Source of the DNA: an uncultured virus (IMG/VR IMGVR_UViG_2576861110_000002) | Lineage: Duplodnaviria > Heunggongvirae > Uroviricota > Caudoviricetes | Length of the DNA stretch: 20,000 nucleotides | Strand: one strand, 5' to 3' | Virus record (IMG/VR): IMGVR_UViG_2576861110_000002 | Location: 58,863-78,862 of that record | In this document: piece by piece, positions 15,489-20,000 of the stretch | How positions within the stretch are numbered: position 1 is the stretch's first letter | Layout of the letters: each line of letters opens with the position of its first letter | Notes under the pieces: model-generated | Database searches by the model: none | What the model was told of the DNA's origin: nothing | The model's input: the letters and a program-made list of their open reading frames with translations, nothing else | Position numbers and translations under genes: made by a program

Positions 15489-16255
15489 AGTTAATTGAAA
15501 ACAATGCTTGGCAGTATCTATCTGTTAAGTTACCCGCCGTAGGTGCATTCATCATGCTAATTTTATTGCCAGCACTACAATGGGGTGTTGATTATGAAGT
15601 TATTCCTGAAAAATATCATGCATTTGTTACTGGTACTTTGATGCTTGTTCTGTCATGGATTGGAAAGAAAATTTCTCAACCACGACTTAATGGCCCGCAA
15701 TTAACAGGCCAGTTAGTAGGGATCAATTCTTTATTGAATATCCCAACACCAACAAAGCCTGATGAATTAGCTTGGATTGCAGAAGCAAAAAAGCATCTTG
15801 GCCTTCAAGAAATACCTGGTAAACAGCATAACCCAACTATTTTAAAATGGCTCTCGGAGCTAAAGGCTTGGTGGGCTGACGATGAAACGGCTTGGTGTGG
15901 GACCTTCGTTGCACATTGCTTGAAATCAGCTGGAATTGCTTATCCTAAGCATTGGTACCGTGCATTGGATTATGTGAATTATGGTACAAAATTAGCTAAA
16001 CCCGCTTACGGTTGTGTAGCTATTAAAACTCGAAAGGGTGGTGGGCATGTTTGTTTTGTAGTTGGCCGTGACAAAAAGTCTGGAAAGTTAGTATGCCTTG
16101 GAGGCAATCAGTCAAATAAAGTTTGTTATGCACTTTATAATGACTCTGACTTTCAAGAATTCAGATGGTATGGTCGTACAACTCAACCAGCAAGTAAGCG
16201 TTATACATTGCCACAATTAAAAGGCGTAACAGCTACTAGGGTTTTGGAAGCCTAA
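15485..16255 (+). CDS. Endolysin, TIGR02594-type (NlpC/P60-CHAP-like) with N-terminal two-TM domain
   Basis: WIAEAKKHLGLQEIPG..HNPTI, DDETAWCGTFV, GGGHVCFVVG and LGGNQSNKV motifs (Cys/His catalytic pair). ATGA overlap with the holin. Confidence 0.85.
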   Translation: MKLIENNAWQYLSVKLPAVGAFIMLILLPALQWGVDYEVIPEKYHAFVTGTLMLVLSWIGKKISQPRLNGPQLTGQLVGINSLLNIPTPTKPDELAWIAEAKKHLGLQEIPGKQHNPTILKWLSELKAWWADDETAWCGTFVAHCLKSAGIAYPKHWYRALDYVNYGTKLAKPAYGCVAIKTRKGGGHVCFVVGRDKKSGKLVCLGGNQSNKVCYALYNDSDFQEFRWYGRTTQPASKRYTLPQLKGVTATRVLEA

Positions 16256-16350
16256 TGAAGTTACTGTTACTGAGCTTTCTTTTATGTGGCTGTACGGCCC
16301 ATACAATAAATAGCAACGTAAACGTATCTATTTGCGTTAAAGCACTTTAA
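16255..16350 (+). CDS. Unannotated 31-aa lipoprotein
   Basis: TAATG-coupled to the endolysin. MKLLLLSFLLCGC-TAHTINSNVNVSICVKAL has an LCGC lipobox and ends just before a terminator-like arm. Confidence 0.6.
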   Translation: MKLLLLSFLLCGCTAHTINSNVNVSICVKAL

Positions 16351-16395
16351 AAAAAGCCCTGAATAGATATTGATATGAAAGTCGACTAAGCAGGG

Positions 16396-17448
16396 CTATT
16401 TTTTTGATTTTTTAATATAGTCATTGTTAATTTTCCTAGTTTCACGGTTTTTTAAATATGTATATATTCTTGCCTTGATATGATAATCAAACCAACTAAT
16501 CATTTTTTGATCGGTTAGGTCAATTTCTTCATATTCTTCATAATGCTCAAAAGTTTCTAATTGAGAATGTATTTTGAAATTTTGCCAATCAATCACTCCA
16601 TCTTCCAAAGCCTTTTCAATAACATTTTTAATATGTGAAGTACCATTTTCCATTTTTAATTGTTCAGTATCAAACTTTAATTTACCTTCTAATAGTGAAC
16701 TTTCTGGATTTTTACTAATAGTAATAAAGGAATTTTCACCATTCTTTGTTATTATTTCAATAAAGTATAAAACATTATTTCCAACTGGAATCCCATTTAT
16801 AAATTGCCCTTTATGTCTAATAATTAATCCTGTGGAATAATGACTCAAAACTTTATTTATAATTTTTTTGTATCTTAAATTGCTACATACAACGATTCCT
16901 TCTGTAGTATCTAAGACTATTTTTTTCTTTATTTTTTTATTATTAATAATATCTGGAAGATTAATAATTCTTTTTACGCCCGCCATATACACGAAATGTG
17001 GTTCAAGTTTTTGGTTTAAGGTTTCATAGGGCTTAAGTACAAAAGTTTCATCATAACCATCGATTAATTGAATATAAATATTATGACCAACTCTAATAAA
17101 TATTTTATTAATTATGACAGGCTTATCTTTTTTATTAACTAAAATGATTGAAGAAATGTATCTTTCAGTGGATGAGAAATCACTACGAAGTGTAAAAGTT
17201 GCTGCAATACTATTTCCAGACTTTCTTAAATAATTTCTAGCAGTTACATATAAAGCTAGTAAGGAAATTAATAGTGTAGGAAGAAAATATTCTGGAGTTA
17301 GTTTTAAAAAATCTTTTAAATTTATATAATAAATTGGCTCAATACTTGTAAAGTATATTATTGAAAATAGGGTTAAAGAAAAGAATGCTAATAAAAATAT
17401 TCTATCAATCATCGAGTTCGCCAAAAAAATTTTTAGTATTAAAAACAA
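16396..17448 (-). CDS. AT-rich hypothetical membrane protein (moron)
   Basis: Long ORF in very AT-rich DNA, with two N-terminal hydrophobic helices and a soluble C-terminal region. Start is uncertain (TTG 17448 abutting the umuC stop, or ATG 17412). Confidence 0.65.
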   Translation of the reverse strand: MFLILKIFLANSMIDRIFLLAFFSLTLFSIIYFTSIEPIYYINLKDFLKLTPEYFLPTLLISLLALYVTARNYLRKSGNSIAATFTLRSDFSSTERYISSIILVNKKDKPVIINKIFIRVGHNIYIQLIDGYDETFVLKPYETLNQKLEPHFVYMAGVKRIINLPDIINNKKIKKKIVLDTTEGIVVCSNLRYKKIINKVLSHYSTGLIIRHKGQFINGIPVGNNVLYFIEIITKNGENSFITISKNPESSLLEGKLKFDTEQLKMENGTSHIKNVIEKALEDGVIDWQNFKIHSQLETFEHYEEYEEIDLTDQKMISWFDYHIKARIYTYLKNRETRKINNDYIKKSKK

Positions 17449-18747
17449 TCAATCATTTATAGTCAATAACTCATCCCACTGAAAAGGATTTCTACTCAAT
17501 TTATCTCTACTCATTGACCAATTGCGACCTGGTACATAACATGTACTTATACCAAGTTTTCTCTTCCCGAATTTTGTGTGTACGTTATCTAGTGTTTTCA
17601 TCAATTGTTCTTTCTTTTCTATAGCTTCAAAATCTGTGAGAAGGTCATAAGTATGGCCAGACTTTGGCTCTAAACATGTCAGCACTACGCCGCACTTCTT
17701 ATATTTAACTCCTTCTTTGTAGATATCGTTTAACATCTTCGTAGCTGCTTTGACAAAATCTATCGCGCAATCCGTGGGTTCAGAAAACGAACCTGTGATC
17801 GATTTGTTGTAGAACGGAACATTGGCATCGAAAGGGTTTGACTGCACAAAAGCAATCATACATCCGCATAGTAACCCTTCATCGCGCAAGCGTTTACATG
17901 CATCTTGAGCATACATAGAGATAGCTTCTTTAAGATCCGTTAGTTCAGTTACGCGACCACCGAAAGACCGGCTTGCAACTATTTGCTTTTTTGAGGGTGG
18001 GGTGTGCTCAATCTCAATGCATGAGATGCCTTGCAGTTCATAGATAGTACGAGCCATAACAATCGAGAATTTTTTCTGCATCTCGCGCGGCTCAGCACAA
18101 GCTAAATCAAGCACCGTATTAATTCCCATACCTTGCAGCTTTTTAGCGTGCTTACGACCCACGCCCCAGACTTCACTCACATCTATTTGAGCAAAGTAAT
18201 ATTCTTTGTTGCATGGATCCATATTGACGAGATCGCAAACACCATTAAAGCCTTGATTCTTCTTAGCTATATGGTTGGAGATCTTTGCCTCCGTCTTGCT
18301 GCGACCTATTCCTACGCACACGGGCAAACCAAGCCATTTCCAGATCTTCGCTCGCATATCGTGACCGACTTTTTCTAAATCAAAGTTCTTTTCATAAGCT
18401 GTGAAATCTACAAAGCACTCATCAATCGAGTACGGTTCAACTTCTTCTGCAGTTACGTAAGAAGCAAGAATCGTATGAAAGCGCCGTGACATTTCTGCAT
18501 ACATTGCGTAGTTGCTTGAAAGTACGAGCACGTTATGTTGTTGAACAATGTCTTTAATTTGAAAAAGAGGCACACCCATTTTTATATTTAGGGCTTTTGA
18601 CTCATTGCTACGTGCCACGGCGCACCCATCATTATTGCTGAGCACAATAACAGGCTTATCATTCAAAGATGGATCAAAGACTCTCTCACATGAAACGTAC
18701 ATGTTATTGACGTCAATCAAGAAAAAGACCTTGTTTTCATGTTTCAT
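17449..18747 (-). CDS. umuC: Y-family DNA polymerase V catalytic subunit
   Basis: [31 protein letters not shown] and W.M.R..LS motifs. Confidence 0.95.
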   Translation of the reverse strand: MKHENKVFFLIDVNNMYVSCERVFDPSLNDKPVIVLSNNDGCAVARSNESKALNIKMGVPLFQIKDIVQQHNVLVLSSNYAMYAEMSRRFHTILASYVTAEEVEPYSIDECFVDFTAYEKNFDLEKVGHDMRAKIWKWLGLPVCVGIGRSKTEAKISNHIAKKNQGFNGVCDLVNMDPCNKEYYFAQIDVSEVWGVGRKHAKKLQGMGINTVLDLACAEPREMQKKFSIVMARTIYELQGISCIEIEHTPPSKKQIVASRSFGGRVTELTDLKEAISMYAQDACKRLRDEGLLCGCMIAFVQSNPFDANVPFYNKSITGSFSEPTDCAIDFVKAATKMLNDIYKEGVKYKKCGVVLTCLEPKSGHTYDLLTDFEAIEKKEQLMKTLDNVHTKFGKRKLGISTCYVPGRNWSMSRDKLSRNPFQWDELLTIND

Positions 18748-19241
18748 GATTTTCTTATCATTTTAATGACGCAGGTGACAACGCCCCAAATTATTAATTC
18801 CTGTTCTTCAGAAAGATAAATATTTTTATATTCTGGATTTTCTGCTTTGAGCCATTTCCTAGACTCTTCGATCATTAATCGCTTAACAGTAAATTCATTA
18901 TCGATTAGTGCAACAACAATATCGCCGTGTTTAGCATCTAAACTACGGTCAACAATTAGCTCATCATCAATATCAATGCCAGCGTTAAGCATCGAAAGCG
19001 AAGCAACCTTAACAATAAACGTCGCAGTTTCATTTTTGATTAAGTGCTCGTTCATATCGAGCGCTTTATCTACATAATCTTGTGCTGGGCTGGGGAAACC
19101 TGCTGAAATCTTTTCAAGAGCGTAGGGGACAAGCATGTGCGTTGATGGTACAACTAGCTTGATAGACATAACTTCATATAAAACAAGACTTTTTTGCAGA
19201 AATGGTTTTATCTGGATAATGGATGGTGCAATTTCACTCAT
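18744..19241 (-). CDS. umuD: Pol V accessory subunit, S24 peptidase
   Basis: [12 protein letters not shown] cleavage region, SM and FTVKRL catalytic Ser/Lys, IWGVV. ATGA overlap with umuC. Confidence 0.93.
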   Translation of the reverse strand: MSEIAPSIIQIKPFLQKSLVLYEVMSIKLVVPSTHMLVPYALEKISAGFPSPAQDYVDKALDMNEHLIKNETATFIVKVASLSMLNAGIDIDDELIVDRSLDAKHGDIVVALIDNEFTVKRLMIEESRKWLKAENPEYKNIYLSEEQELIIWGVVTCVIKMIRKS

Positions 19242-19254
19242 ATGTTTCCCCTAG

Positions 19255-19277
19255 CTTGATTTTGTTACATATTCAAG
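19255..19277. promoter_or_regulatory. Acinetobacter SOS (UmuDAb-type) operator
   Basis: CTTGA-N13-TCAAG (minus strand CTTGAATATGTAACAAAATCAAG) resembles the Acinetobacter UmuDAb inverted repeat. It lies just downstream of a TTGAAT-N18-TATCAT promoter for umuD. Confidence 0.7.
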
Positions 19278-19355
19278 ATGATATTCTAGAGATGAGCATA
19301 AATTCAAATTTAAAAAGCTGTGGATAAACAAATAGAAGTCAAAAATTGACGTCTG

Positions 19356-20000
19356 TCATTGAGCATTTGGTCGGAAATTCTTCAGTTCTGATCGAGGTTG
19401 AGCGGTGAATTCATCAACTGGCATATCTAGGAAAAAGTCCTTTGCTTCCTCATGTTTACAGTGAAGCCACTCTTCCCTTAATTCAGGTGGAATAACAATA
19501 ATAGAGCGCTTTTCATCAGTAGGCGCGTGGAATTGCTTCATGAAAGGGTGGTGGTCAGAGTTAATTGTGAGCATGCTCATTGATCTGATTTCTTCGCCGT
19601 TTACTACAGCATATTCATAAATACCTGCGATAGTGAAAGGCATATCATCTTTCCGATAAATTCCCCACCATTCTGGCTTGTTATTAATATACTTCGGTTC
19701 AAATATCACATCTGCAGGAATTAAACAAAATTGGTTTTTCTTCCATGCATTTTTAAAACTAGGCTTTTCGTGAACTGTTTCAGTTCTTGCGTTATAAGTA
19801 TTGTGGACCTTTTTAAGATCTTTAACCCATGGAGCGACTAGGCCAAAACGAGCTAATCGCCATTCCATTTGCTCTTTTTTAGAGAATAATAGGGGCGCTT
19901 CATAGTTAGGGTATATGTGCGATTTATATTCAAATGTCGGCTCAAACAGATCCAGCAAGTGAATTCTATCTTTTGCAATTGGTTCATAGTTTGAGCACAT
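19356..20000 (-). CDS. SOS response-associated peptidase (SRAP/YedK/HMCES family)
   Basis: N-terminal MC (catalytic Cys2), plus NARTETV.EKPSF, FEP, and H....EKR motifs. Upstream of umuDC. Confidence 0.92.
   Translation of the reverse strand: MCSNYEPIAKDRIHLLDLFEPTFEYKSHIYPNYEAPLLFSKKEQMEWRLARFGLVAPWVKDLKKVHNTYNARTETVHEKPSFKNAWKKNQFCLIPADVIFEPKYINNKPEWWGIYRKDDMPFTIAGIYEYAVVNGEEIRSMSMLTINSDHHPFMKQFHAPTDEKRSIIVIPPELREEWLHCKHEEAKDFFLDMPVDEFTAQPRSELKNFRPNAQ

Noticed and set aside
12281..19077. Plus-strand ORFs 12281-12496, 16574-16840, 18133-18378 and 18847-19077
   Set aside because: Antisense to ant, the moron, umuC and umuD.
1..20000. CRISPR array, tRNA/rRNA, IS/transposase, integrase, reverse transcriptase or invertase-type fibre switching
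   Set aside because: No repeat-spacer periodicity, cloverleaf, or recombinase/RT motifs seen in this window.

Overview
AT-rich window, probably from a large temperate Acinetobacter phage or prophage with P1-like morphogenesis genes. The host is inferred from the UmuDAb-type SOS box and the umuDC/SRAP and lysis gene families. From left to right it holds: (1) the 3' part of a J/TipJ-type tail-tip gene and two small receptor-binding-module genes; (2) a 64-aa gene and a portal-like operon transcribed divergently; (3) darA- and ddrB-like antirestriction genes; (4) a ~4.3 kb accessory block with a hypothetical + XRE-HTH/ImmA-IrrE metallopeptidase pair (RosmerTA-like), an orphan gene behind a structured leader, and an antirepressor/HTH module with a probable sar-like antisense RNA; (5) three baseplate/tail-assembly-like genes; (6) a lysis cassette (holin, TM-fused TIGR02594-type endolysin, unannotated 31-aa lipoprotein); (7) an AT-rich membrane-protein moron; (8) umuC-umuD-SRAP. 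The strongest unannotated signal is a five-copy motif, TGGAAC-N30-AnnnTR, in front of every structural/lysis transcription unit that starts in the window. At several copies it is coupled to a hairpin that occludes the ribosome-binding site unless transcription starts at that promoter. All family assignments are by motif recognition, not database search.
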